This document shows positions 27,366 through 36,211 of a stretch of 37,785 nucleotides of DNA, one piece after another. This DNA comes from a virus. Taxonomy: Duplodnaviria > Caudoviricetes. Below the pieces are notes generated by a model that searched no databases, had not been told where the DNA came from, and saw only the letters and a list, made by a program, of their open reading frames with translations. Position 1 is the first letter of the stretch. The number at the start of each line of letters is the position of its first letter. A program made the translations under genes and the position numbers. The stretch spans positions 1 through 37,785 of the IMG/VR virus record IMGVR_UViG_3300036802_000114. One strand, written 5' to 3'.

Positions 27366-28421
27366 TTAAACAGGACCACCAGAAACTCCCCTAAATGCTC
27401 CTGCTGGCAGCTCCCATGAATCCATTATCAAATCCTCTTTCCTAAAAGAACGATTTAAGGCTAATGACACCCATTTGCTTAACCTTTTATCTTTCGGCAA
27501 GCGTTCCAAAGAGCCTAAATTTGCCTTTTGTTCAAGTGTCATTCTTCTAGTATCAATGGTGTGATTTAATTTTTTTTCAATCTCTACTAGTCTATTGAAA
27601 CGTTCTGGAGCAATCTCTCGCATCATTGCCCACAAATCAGAAGTACTAAAAATACAACCGAAACAACTAGTTCTATTCCATCCGAGCAAGTATGCTGGAT
27701 GAGGAAGAAATCCTCTTTTTTCGTATTTATCCCAAATTTTCTTTTCATCCCAATCAATTACTGGACGCCAAGCGTGTACTAATCGTTTTCGGTTATTACA
27801 AATGTGCAATTCAGCTTCGGCGTATCGCGCTCGATTTGGAGATTCTTCTCTTCGTTCACCAGTTATTACTAGGACTTTTTTGTCAAGAAAGCGAGGATGG
27901 TTATTCAAAACTCTCCGAAAAACGTCTATTTTCACATAAGGGCTGCACCAACGGACACGTAAATCAGGGCTCATTGCTGGCCATCTTAAACGGGTACTTG
28001 GTTTCCCATTCTTTGTAGGAAGATGAAAGAGTTCCCCTTCATCACAATAATAAACATCACCAGTAAGGCTGTCTTTCCTCATCAGTTCGTTATAGATTCC
28101 ACCTGTTCGCCATTGAAAGCTGGTTTTTATACCAAAATGTTTTCCAACGGCTTCAATATAGCTTTCGGTAACTGGCCAATCCATAAATTCAACTGCATCG
28201 GCGTCACCACCATCCACCGATTGATGCCACAATTCAATTTTTTCTTTTTTGACGCCTTGGTCCAAGAGATCAAAGAGGCATGCCATGCTGTCTTTTCCTC
28301 CACTTTCAGAAATAATGACATGATCATATTCACCAAGTGGTAATAGACTAACCGTATTTTCTCTGGGGACCTTGGTTTCGATACTCACTTCTGATTCATT
28401 AAATAAAGTTAGCTGCCTCAT
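27366..28421 (-). CDS. PAPS-reductase-family (PP-loop) protein
   Basis: SESGGKDS, RWCS..K, GERREESPNR, HPAY..G..RTSCFGC. Confidence 0.88.
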   Translation of the reverse strand: MRQLTLFNESEVSIETKVPRENTVSLLPLGEYDHVIISESGGKDSMACLFDLLDQGVKKEKIELWHQSVDGGDADAVEFMDWPVTESYIEAVGKHFGIKTSFQWRTGGIYNELMRKDSLTGDVYYCDEGELFHLPTKNGKPSTRLRWPAMSPDLRVRWCSPYVKIDVFRRVLNNHPRFLDKKVLVITGERREESPNRARYAEAELHICNNRKRLVHAWRPVIDWDEKKIWDKYEKRGFLPHPAYLLGWNRTSCFGCIFSTSDLWAMMREIAPERFNRLVEIEKKLNHTIDTRRMTLEQKANLGSLERLPKDKRLSKWVSLALNRSFRKEDLIMDSWELPAGAFRGVSGGPV

Positions 28422-28503
28422 TGCTACCCTCCTAATCTATAACTCAATAAATTCGTTAATAGTTTTTCTTCCGGCCTCCACCTATGTAAGGAGGTCGATT
28501 TTT

Positions 28504-28656
28504 ATGAATACTTTAAATCGATTAATGTTAAGGTTAATTAACAGCAAACTGACTTACAAATTTATTCTTGCCCTGAACCAACCACCAAAACCACATCCTA
28601 GTTTTATACAGATTGTAATGTTTCTAGTGAAATACCTTATTCACCATTTTTTATAG
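28504..28656 (+). CDS. 50-aa antisense-oriented peptide with a sequestered SD
   Basis: AAGGAGG RBS within a hairpin; downstream hairpin GTAGGGGCC-gaaat-GGCCCTTAC. Confidence 0.5.
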   Translation: MNTLNRLMLRLINSKLTYKFILALNQPPKPHPSFIQIVMFLVKYLIHHFL

Positions 28657-28702
28657 TTTGTAGGGGCCGAAATGGCCCTTACTAAACTTAATTACTCTTA
28701 TG

Positions 28703-29470
28703 TTACTTTTGAACAATCTCTGTCAGCCTATTGGCTGCATGTTGGATAGTTTGAATTGTCTCAATGAATTTAGGTGGAACCGTAGTAACCAAGGCCTTAT
28801 CCAATTCATCAGTTGCATTCCATCTATTTGCATTCAGTCCATGTTTTTTCATAACTACTTGGAAATCTTTGAAAAGGTCTTTATCCATTTGCATTCTTTC
28901 ATTTTCGCGTTTTAGACTTTGGATCTGCTCTTGCATTTCTTTCAGTTCCTTAGCCATTTTTGTTCCTGCTCTGCGACCCAGTTCAGATTTTTCTACTTTA
29001 TCCAAGACATATTGCTCAAACATTTCCCTCTTGCTACTGAAGAAAGGATGCCGTTCATTGTCTAGCCTGCTGAGAATAATGTAATAAAACATATCCGTTG
29101 ACATCTTAATGTCTCTAAACTTCGCCTTCTTCCTGGTATATGGTTTCTTGTCTTCATTGATCCAAATTAAACCGACATCATCCGGGAGTTCATCTGGTTG
29201 TATTAAACCTTTTGGACAAGCGAAGTAAAACCGATGACACGATTCTTTATAAATAGGCCACTTTTCATCGTTCATAAAATCAGAGCGAGATACTTTTATT
29301 TCATAACCAGTCAAGCAAGGTTTTGCCCAACTTTTCTTAATTGCCAATCCGTCCATTATGGCCAACTCCTTACCCATCCAGGTGGAGCCGTTCTTGACTT
29401 CCGTTAAAAAGAAATCCTCTCTATGCTTAAGGCTTAACGCGTGCTTAACTTCATGGGCTGTGATCTTCAT
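28703..29470 (-). CDS. MmcB-like PD-(D/E)XK nuclease-fold protein
   Basis: FLTEVK, MDGLAI, GYEIKVSRSDF..D.KW..Y, FYFACP.GLI...ELP..VGL. Confidence 0.8.
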   Translation of the reverse strand: MKITAHEVKHALSLKHREDFFLTEVKNGSTWMGKELAIMDGLAIKKSWAKPCLTGYEIKVSRSDFMNDEKWPIYKESCHRFYFACPKGLIQPDELPDDVGLIWINEDKKPYTRKKAKFRDIKMSTDMFYYIILSRLDNERHPFFSSKREMFEQYVLDKVEKSELGRRAGTKMAKELKEMQEQIQSLKRENERMQMDKDLFKDFQVVMKKHGLNANRWNATDELDKALVTTVPPKFIETIQTIQHAANRLTEIVQK

Positions 29471-29509
29471 CCTGCCCCTCCTTTTTTGGAATCACAACAA
29501 ATTCAAGAG

Positions 29510-29896
29510 TTATTTAAAATGCGGATAGTCTTCGAACTCTGGAATATGCTCACAGTGTGATACAGCATATTCCTCTTTAGTCATATCCCAGCAGTTTTTG
29601 CACATATTAGCCCCGATATCCGCAAGGAAAGGTGTGGGACGAACCTTATTTGCTTCTCCGCCGCAGTAACTACACTCGGGTAGTTTTATAACATCTCCTG
29701 ATATTTCTAAGTATTCGAGCCAGGATTCGATGTTAGAAGCTAATTCCGAATTCGGAGTAATCTCTGCATATCTTTTTAAGGCCGCAAATGCCGCTGGGTC
29801 TTTTGACGGTTTTAATACAAAATACTCTCCATCTTTTTTTTCACCTGTTTCGCGATCCAATATCTTATATTTGTTGTATAAACCCTTTTCTCTCAC
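29510..29896 (-). CDS. Hypothetical phage protein with a C-terminal Zn finger
   Basis: GLYNKY..YFVLKP..D.AA..AL..YA; CSYC and CKNC. Confidence 0.75.
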   Translation of the reverse strand: MREKGLYNKYKILDRETGEKKDGEYFVLKPSKDPAAFAALKRYAEITPNSELASNIESWLEYLEISGDVIKLPECSYCGGEANKVRPTPFLADIGANMCKNCWDMTKEEYAVSHCEHIPEFEDYPHFK

Positions 29897-29937
29897 TTGA
29901 CTTCCTCCTTTTTGGGAAACTTAACATATTCTTTTGT

Positions 29938-30228
29938 TTAGTAAGCCTTGCCGCCATGTTTGTGAGTTCTGCCTTTATTTCGATCCATCTTATCCAAGAT
30001 GGCCTTTTCTAAATCGATATGCCTGGATCCGCATAAATCAAAAATCCTGATACATACATCTGCTAACTCTTCAACAAAGTTTTCTTGATCACCCTTACGA
30101 TCAGCTTCAAGTGCTTCACTTACTTCGCTATGAACAAGGGCTAATAATGTTCCAGTTTCCCGTGGCACGTCATGCCAACCTTTTGATTTAGCTGTTTCAA
30201 ATGCTTCTTTGCAAAATTGATTAATCAT
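29938..30228 (-). CDS. MazG-like NTP pyrophosphohydrolase
   Basis: LALVHSEVSEALEA...EELADVCIRIFD...KMDRN. Confidence 0.85.
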   Translation of the reverse strand: MINQFCKEAFETAKSKGWHDVPRETGTLLALVHSEVSEALEADRKGDQENFVEELADVCIRIFDLCGSRHIDLEKAILDKMDRNKGRTHKHGGKAY

Positions 30229-30485
30229 CTTCTTTTCCCCTTCAACCCGTGTTTACGGGCATGTATTTTATCTTCCTTAGCTAAATGCATGAGCGCTAGA
30301 ATCACCTCGTCTGGATCACGGTCAAAACACTCTGCCATTTCCTCTATGTCGACACCTTTTTTCCACATTTTTCTCATTTCTGTGAGTTCTCCTTCATCCC
30401 ATACGAAATTAAAATCCTCACAGACAATCACACGGTTTATTCTCGGTTCCCTAAGCAGATGTTCTTTATATGGTGAATCGTTCAT
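30225..30485 (-). CDS. Small HTH-like protein
   Basis: FVWDEGEL..MWKKG..IEEMA..FDRDPDEV. Confidence 0.7.
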   Translation of the reverse strand: MNDSPYKEHLLREPRINRVIVCEDFNFVWDEGELTEMRKMWKKGVDIEEMAECFDRDPDEVILALMHLAKEDKIHARKHGLKGKRR

Positions 30486-30667
30486 CGAAACAATCGATTG
30501 TCACTGTTTTCGATGTCGACTTTTTTCGCTGCTTCTAACCGTTTTCTATCATCCTCCAATAACTTTTCATTTAGGGCTTTCCCCCAACAGGTTTCGCACA
30601 AGAAGTTCATATAAGCTGGAACATGATCGCCGCATTCAACACATTTTTTCGATTTATATGTTTTCAA
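30482..30667 (-). CDS. Small Zn-finger protein (TTG start)
   Basis: GAGGTG RBS before TTG30667; CVEC and CETC. Confidence 0.6.
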   Translation of the reverse strand: MKTYKSKKCVECGDHVPAYMNFLCETCWGKALNEKLLEDDRKRLEAAKKVDIENSDNRLFR

Positions 30668-30707
30668 CTTCTTCACCTCTACTAAGCTATTTACTTCGAA
30701 TTGCGTA

Positions 30708-31076
30708 TTAACTGGCGAATTTATTACACCATCTACAAAAGGCTTTAAGGATTGGTTGTACATTGACATCACTAAATTCCGCACCAAAACCAATAAAACC
30801 AGTTGAACTAAATGTAATACCTTCTCTCCTTTTGAAATAACTACCGTCTATTTGGATTCGAGCATACTGTAGACCACTTTTTAACACTTTTACATCTTTA
30901 ATCCTTGGTTTGCTCACTTTCATGTCCATCTGTTTAGCGTGCTCTCCACCATTTACGTAATAATCATCAAGTTCTTCTGATATAATTTTTAATAGCGTTT
31001 TAATATGCTCTTCGTTTAAACTTTCGTAATTTAAACACGAACTTTTAAAGTGTTCTCTCGCTTCATCCCTATTCAT
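30708..31076 (-). CDS. Hypothetical phage protein
   Basis: GAGGAG RBS; YFKRREGITFS..GFIGF. Confidence 0.75.
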   Translation of the reverse strand: MNRDEAREHFKSSCLNYESLNEEHIKTLLKIISEELDDYYVNGGEHAKQMDMKVSKPRIKDVKVLKSGLQYARIQIDGSYFKRREGITFSSTGFIGFGAEFSDVNVQPILKAFCRWCNKFAS

Positions 31077-31117
31077 TTCAACAACTCCTCTTTAGGAAAC
31101 ACATCAAATTCTTTTGA

Positions 31118-31774
31118 TTAATATGTTCTAACCGGTAATATCAGAGTTTTTACAAGATAATCATCATCTAATATCATTTGTTGGAAAGGACTTGCTAACC
31201 ATATTGTTAATGTTTCTGAATTAAGCTTGGAGTGAGCTTCTAGAGCATCACGCATATACTCTGCGCTAAAGGTAATTCGTTCTTGTTTTTCATCGATTGG
31301 TCTTGTACATGGCAAACTAATTTTAATACCATGGTGCTTCATGCTGATGTCTACCTCCTCTGATGTATCTGGAAATGACATGCTCACAATTTTTCCTCTA
31401 TCCTTTAAAACCTTTAGAGTTTGATTAATAGATTTGAATAGCTGTAGCCATAGCCTTATCTGTTCTTTTGTTAAAACAACCATCCCTTTGTATTGATCTG
31501 TTCGTTGTATTAATTTTTCTGTATCTGGAAATTTACCTTTGGCGACCATATAATGATTTGGATTAATCAGATAATCCTTCTCAAATCCGTGCATGTCTTT
31601 AATATGGATTAGGCGATGAGAATCAGTTGCGATCATATCTCCGTTAGCTGCGTGAAAAACGTAATTTAAAATAGGTCTTGTTTCGCCTTTGTTTACAAAT
31701 TTTCTAGCTACTTCTAAAGCTGTTCCATACGAATCTTTATGAATAAATTCAAGACTTTGAATATTTCTATCCAT
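31118..31774 (-). CDS. Truncated DNA polymerase III beta-clamp homolog (218 aa)
   Basis: TRPILNYV, ATDSHRL, KFPD, ITFSAEYMRDAL and terminal LILPVR mirror DnaN domains 2-3. Confidence 0.78.
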   Translation of the reverse strand: MDRNIQSLEFIHKDSYGTALEVARKFVNKGETRPILNYVFHAANGDMIATDSHRLIHIKDMHGFEKDYLINPNHYMVAKGKFPDTEKLIQRTDQYKGMVVLTKEQIRLWLQLFKSINQTLKVLKDRGKIVSMSFPDTSEEVDISMKHHGIKISLPCTRPIDEKQERITFSAEYMRDALEAHSKLNSETLTIWLASPFQQMILDDDYLVKTLILPVRTY

Positions 31775-31866
31775 CCTAATTCCTCCTTTTTTTTACGAAA
31801 CACAATACAAATTTCGTTAATCAGTTATTCACTCCTAATTTATTATTTTGGAAAATCCGAACCTCC

Positions 31867-32745
31867 TTACTTTCTGAATTGTTTAAGCTTTTCTTCAATC
31901 ACACGTTTTTTTTCTTCAAATTCAGCTTCATCCACAGGATTAGGAACATAAGGCTTATCAAAATTATCTGGAAGTTTTTCTTGTCTGATTGGTGCTTTTC
32001 CTGTTCTAGATTTCTTTCTATCTTCTTTACATTTCAAAACTAGCTGGTCCCATTTTTTTCTAAGTTTTGAGATAGAAAGTATGTTAGATTTCCAAAAATA
32101 ATCACTCTGTGTCCAATTGATTAGAAATGAAATCTGTTCAATTGATCGGTTATCATTTTCTCGCATTAAGCGAACTTCATTAGCCCATATTTCTAAATTT
32201 GGCTTTTTAACACCTTGATTATTTTCTAACATTTTTTCAAACAATAATTCTGCCATTTCCATGTCGCAATTTTCATAATTGAGACGTAATGGTTTTTTAT
32301 TATCATTATTTTCATTTTTACCCTTATTACCATTATTGTTTGTGATCAATTGTTGTTCGTTTGTTGTTCGTTTGTTGTTCATTTGTTGTTCATTAGGTTG
32401 ATAATTCAACCAATTTTTTATTGTAACAATGCTATATTTTGTTGTTGTTTTGATGTTCAAAAAATCATATGTTTCTAGCATTTTCAACCATCTCCACAGA
32501 GTTATTTCCGGAACATAATTATTTTTCTTTGCCCCTTCGTTATAAACACTTGCTAAAGAAAAACGTCCTGTAACAAATTGACCTGGTTGAAGTTTTACAA
32601 TTTGTTTCCCCACTAATTGTTCGTGGTCTTTATGCGATGCTTCCAGCAAGCACAACATCCACAGTTTTAATAATTTAGGATCCTGCCATACTGGATTATT
32701 CATAATTTTTCTGTGGATGCTCACCCATCCTTGCAAAGCATTCAC
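31867..32745 (-). CDS. Phage replication initiator
   Basis: GWVSIHRKI..W, GQFVTGR wHTH; C-terminal FWKSNILSISKLRKKWDQL; internal iterons. Confidence 0.88.
   Translation of the reverse strand: MNALQGWVSIHRKIMNNPVWQDPKLLKLWMLCLLEASHKDHEQLVGKQIVKLQPGQFVTGRFSLASVYNEGAKKNNYVPEITLWRWLKMLETYDFLNIKTTTKYSIVTIKNWLNYQPNEQQMNNKRTTNEQQLITNNNGNKGKNENNDNKKPLRLNYENCDMEMAELLFEKMLENNQGVKKPNLEIWANEVRLMRENDNRSIEQISFLINWTQSDYFWKSNILSISKLRKKWDQLVLKCKEDRKKSRTGKAPIRQEKLPDNFDKPYVPNPVDEAEFEEKKRVIEEKLKQFRK
32350..32393. repeat. Replication origin iterons, 4 x TTGTTGTTC(G/A)T
   Basis: Four tandem 11-mers inside the initiator gene, next to an AT-rich tract. Confidence 0.8.
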
Positions 32746-32854
32746 CGCCTATTTATTAATAAGACTTTAATTAACTTTTTGGCATAAAACTTATTCATTA
32801 TGATAAAATAAAAGTAAGTTTATTTTCTTTTGGGCCGATGTTGGTAGCATCGGG

Positions 32855-33064
32855 CTATTTTTGTTTACTATTCTTTTTACTTTCATTAACTTCATCTTCC
32901 CTATCACAAATAGCAAATGGACATTCAACGCAAATCAATTGATAGTTTGGGTATCGCATTAAATAATTCCGAACAATAAACAAGAAATTTAGCTCAGACC
33001 AGTTTGATTTTTCTTTTAAGATTCTCTCTGGAAGTAATACTTTACAGCGAGTAGATGAAATCAT
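32855..33064 (-). CDS. Small hypothetical protein
   Basis: ATGA coupling with the upstream ORF. Confidence 0.65.
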   Translation of the reverse strand: MISSTRCKVLLPERILKEKSNWSELNFLFIVRNYLMRYPNYQLICVECPFAICDREDEVNESKKNSKQK

Positions 33065-33357
33065 ATTCCCACCATATCTTCTATAAAAATATGAAGATGG
33101 TTATGTTTATTTTGTGGTAATTCTTCTCGAATACTTTCCGCTTTGTCTTGGCATTCTGAGACACTTTCCGCAAAAATAAATTCTTTATGAACAGTTTGAA
33201 AATAACCGTTAATTTTTATAGAAAAATCAACCTCGAATAGCATTAGAGCCTCTTTTCCGCAAGACCATTTGCCAATCTTACTATGTTTAGAATTCATATC
33301 CCCTACAATCACACCTAAAATAAAAGTGATAACCGCATAACAGTAGGCAATTAACAT
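33061..33357 (-). CDS. Hypothetical protein (start 33357 or 33243)
   Basis: TGATG coupling to the antirepressor; internal GAGG RBS before MLFEVDF. Confidence 0.55.
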   Translation of the reverse strand: MLIAYCYAVITFILGVIVGDMNSKHSKIGKWSCGKEALMLFEVDFSIKINGYFQTVHKEFIFAESVSECQDKAESIREELPQNKHNHLHIFIEDMVGI

Positions 33358-34034
33358 CAGGAAACCATCCTCGGCACCCATGCTTCAATGTAGCGAATAG
33401 CTGATAATAAATCCTTACGTTTAATATCCTTATAACTAGCTACAGCGAAACGGTCTTTAATTTCCCTGTGAAGCTCGCGGAATAATTGAGAGCGTACATC
33501 TTGATCATTTTCCAGTTCATATACTTTATGACCGATTGCTTTTTGGATTCGCCTTTGTTCTCCATGGTCTAATGTGATTTGTTGTTCCACTTTTTGTTCT
33601 AGCAAATAAACCTTTGATTCGATTTTGTCCACTTTTTCAGATGTTTCAATTGTTAGTTTTAAAGATTCCTTTAGCTGCTCGCGTTCTGATAAAACCCTAA
33701 CTTGTTGCTTAACTGTGTAATAATCATCTACTAATGATTCATAAGCATCCCAAGCTTCATCTGAATTTAATGATTTTGCGTGGAGCCATGCTCCTTTTTC
33801 TGTCCATAGATATAATACAGAAGTATATTTAAGGCTGACGTCAAATTGACGTGACCCTTTGAATTCTTTTAAATGCTCTCCTGTTAATGCAAAATAATGT
33901 TTACCTTCGAGATAGCGATCCGAATTCCGCTGAAAGTTTCTATTAATGATTTTGCTTTCCGTTTCATATGCTTTTGCGAGTTGTGCACTAGTTAAGACTC
34001 GTTTACCATTTTTTTCGATGATTTGTAATTCCAT
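33357..34034 (-). CDS. ORF6N/ORF6C antirepressor-type protein
   Basis: RVLTSAQLA..Y, EGKHYF.L, LYLWTEKGA..HAKSL; C-terminal FAVASYKDIKRKD. Confidence 0.88.
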   Translation of the reverse strand: MELQIIEKNGKRVLTSAQLAKAYETESKIINRNFQRNSDRYLEGKHYFALTGEHLKEFKGSRQFDVSLKYTSVLYLWTEKGAWLHAKSLNSDEAWDAYESLVDDYYTVKQQVRVLSEREQLKESLKLTIETSEKVDKIESKVYLLEQKVEQQITLDHGEQRRIQKAIGHKVYELENDQDVRSQLFRELHREIKDRFAVASYKDIKRKDLLSAIRYIEAWVPRMVS

Positions 34035-34081
34035 TTCGAAAACTCCTTTCGTGCTATAGTGAGAGTGTAAATTGTGTTTCT

Positions 34082-34366
34082 TTATTTGCTCACTGTTCGT
34101 AGCAGTGAGTTTTTTATTACTGCAATTTTAATACCATTACCTTTTAAATCAGCTGCTAATCGATGCATTTTGTCATGTTGTTTTTTCTTATCAATAAGTT
34201 TGTCCAGGTCTTTCTTACAACGCTGAAATTCATTTACCAATCTTTCTGCTTCGCCAATGTGATCTTTATTTAATTCCAGTTGTGCCCGATTTAAAAAGCT
34301 GTAACAACATTCATAAAGATTCTTGGCCATCTTAAAATCTTCTGGAAGAACACTGCTAGCAATCAT
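34082..34366 (-). CDS. Hypothetical helical protein
   Basis: GAGGTG RBS. Confidence 0.7.
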   Translation of the reverse strand: MIASSVLPEDFKMAKNLYECCYSFLNRAQLELNKDHIGEAERLVNEFQRCKKDLDKLIDKKKQHDKMHRLAADLKGNGIKIAVIKNSLLRTVSK

Positions 34367-34462
34367 TTATTTCACCTCATATTTTCTTTTGGTTGCGAAA
34401 TTAATAGCGACTAAACGTTCCTTTGTAGTCATTGCTAACCATTGTTTCGGTTTGATCCGCAT
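34367..34462 (-). CDS. 31-aa peptide
   Basis: AAGGAGGTG RBS; MRIKPKQWLAMTTKERL...; stop abuts the next start. Confidence 0.6.
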   Translation of the reverse strand: MRIKPKQWLAMTTKERLVAINFATKRKYEVK

Positions 34463-34512
34463 AGTATCACCTCCTTAAAAGTTCTTCCTGAATAAATTCC
34501 AGTAATCTAGCA

Positions 34513-34827
34513 TTAACAATTAATACCTTTAATTTGGATGTTTAAGGTCGAAAGCACTTCATTAATCAGCGCTCTATAAGATCCTTCAGGTGGATAACTT
34601 TCATATAAATCTACTATTTTTTCTTCTGGATCAGTTTCAACTTCATATCCAACATAAAGAGCTCGGCAAACATCATCCAAATCCAAATCGTTTAAAGGTG
34701 CTCTATTGCCATCCCACAATCCATTTGCAGCGTGCCAAGCAACTACATTAGCTTTATCACCACCATTAATTTCAAGCGCACTTTCCAAAGCTTCAGCTTC
34801 TTCTTTATTTATTAGAACTTTTTCCAT
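34513..34827 (-). CDS. Hypothetical protein
   Basis: Purine-rich RBS before MEKVLINKEEAEALE; ALYVGYEVE. Confidence 0.7.
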   Translation of the reverse strand: MEKVLINKEEAEALESALEINGGDKANVVAWHAANGLWDGNRAPLNDLDLDDVCRALYVGYEVETDPEEKIVDLYESYPPEGSYRALINEVLSTLNIQIKGINC

Positions 34828-34927
34828 TTCCCTTTTCCCTCCTTGATTATTCAAACTTCAACAGCAATCTTATAAATCTCGGTACTTTCGGCAGCATTTT
34901 TCGCACGCATGGCCTAAAAAAAATAAT

Positions 34928-35065
34928 TTAATTTGATTGTTGATCACTGGCATCTTTTTTTCTTTCAGCAAGAATTCGAGGAATAGAAGTTATTGCAAAG
35001 AATTTTGCCATTTCCTTTTTTGTCTCTTCACTTATAATTGGATGGTTTATTTTTATTTCATTCAT
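34928..35065 (-). CDS. 45-aa protein downstream of cro
   Basis: AAGGGG RBS; SEETKKEMAKFF..TSIPRIL. Confidence 0.6.
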   Translation of the reverse strand: MNEIKINHPIISEETKKEMAKFFAITSIPRILAERKKDASDQQSN

Positions 35066-35077
35066 CTCGATCCCCTT

Positions 35078-35302
35078 TTAGGCCGTTTTCAATTTCCGAA
35101 AAAATTCGGATTGTGGTCCAAAAAAAATATTTTCTACCGGAATTTTATAAAATTCTTCTATCTTTACAAAAAAAGAACGGGGTACGTTTGTTGAATCCTT
35201 TTCGTATTTAGACAGCGTATCTTTATTGATACCAAACAACTTAGCAGCTTCTACAAGTTTAAGTCCCGTATTGACCCTTGCCGCCCGAAGAGTAATTTTC
35301 AT
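35078..35302 (-). CDS. Cro-like HTH regulator
   Basis: TLRAARVN.GL...EAAK..GI...TLSKYE; divergent from the repressor. Confidence 0.9.
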   Translation of the reverse strand: MKITLRAARVNTGLKLVEAAKLFGINKDTLSKYEKDSTNVPRSFFVKIEEFYKIPVENIFFGPQSEFFRKLKTA

Positions 35303-35470
35303 CGTTATCCACCTCCTTTGTTGTATGTTTAATTAGATGGTATCCGAATTTTTTCGGAATGTCAACCGAATTTTTTCGGATTACTAATTTTCCCTATGGA
35401 TTGTGAAGAAAAATTATTTACGAATTTTTTCGGAATTATTATGTACATTCCGTTCTTTTTCGGATATAAT
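35095..35470. promoter_or_regulatory. Lysis/lysogeny switch: five 16-bp operators and two divergent SigA promoters
   Basis: TCCGAATTTTTTCGGA-like sites at 35095, 35343, 35365, 35419 and 35449. Minus strand TTGACA-17-TACCAT (35337-35365); plus strand TGTACA-17-TATAAT (35442-35470). Confidence 0.88.
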
Positions 35471-35487
35471 ACAAATATAGGAAAAAG

Positions 35488-36147
35488 GTGGTGAAAAAAA
35501 TGATTGATCGTGATCTACCGCTTAAACGGGAAATTTCGGAAAACATTAAGCGACTGATGAAGAAAAAAGATTGGACTCAATTAAAACTTAGCGAAGTTTC
35601 TAGTATTTCAAAAAGCACATTATCGGACTACATAAACTGTAAAACTTTGATAAACCCAGGTAACGTAGAAAAACTAGCTGAGGCATTTTCAGTTTCAAAA
35701 GCTGAAATTGATCCAAGTTTTAAAAGAACCGACATTATAAAAGAAGAGACATCGCCTTATGGTGATTTTGCTTTTCTGCCAATCGTAGGAGCCATTAGTT
35801 GTGGAAACGGTGCAGTAGCCTACCAAGATATAGAGGGATATGAGGAAACCCCAAAATCCTGGTTAAACGGTGGTAAGTATTTTTATTTAAGAGCGAAAGG
35901 TGATAGCATGATTAATGCTCGGATATACGAGGGTGATTTGCTCTTAATTAGAGAACAAGAGGAGGTCGAGAATGGCGAAATTGCCGCGGTTCAAATAGAC
36001 GGAAATGCGGTATTAAAAAGGGTTTACAAAAAAGAGGAAACTCTTATTCTTCAAAGTGAAAATCCTAAGTATGGGCCAATCATTGTAAATGGTGACAACA
36101 ATATAAAAATTATAGGTAAACTTAAAAAAGTAGTATTAAATTTCTAG
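35488..36147 (+). CDS. CI/LexA-like repressor (HTH + S24 peptidase)
   Basis: N-terminal HTH; ISCG cleavage site, GDSM Ser and LKR Lys. Confidence 0.93.
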   Translation: MVKKMIDRDLPLKREISENIKRLMKKKDWTQLKLSEVSSISKSTLSDYINCKTLINPGNVEKLAEAFSVSKAEIDPSFKRTDIIKEETSPYGDFAFLPIVGAISCGNGAVAYQDIEGYEETPKSWLNGGKYFYLRAKGDSMINARIYEGDLLLIREQEEVENGEIAAVQIDGNAVLKRVYKKEETLILQSENPKYGPIIVNGDNNIKIIGKLKKVVLNF

Positions 36148-36164
36148 CTAGATGTTTAATCATC

Positions 36165-36190
36165 AAGGTGGGCGACGGCTCACCTTTTTT
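36165..36190 (+). terminator. Terminator between the repressor and integrase
   Basis: AAGGTGGGC-gacg-GCTCACCTT followed by TTTT. Confidence 0.7.
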
Positions 36191-36211
36191 CAACGAAAGG
36201 AGATAGTAACA

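Noticed and set aside
34082-36211. Arbitrium (aimR/aimP) communication system
   Set aside because: No TPR receptor or signal-peptide propeptide near the lysogeny module.
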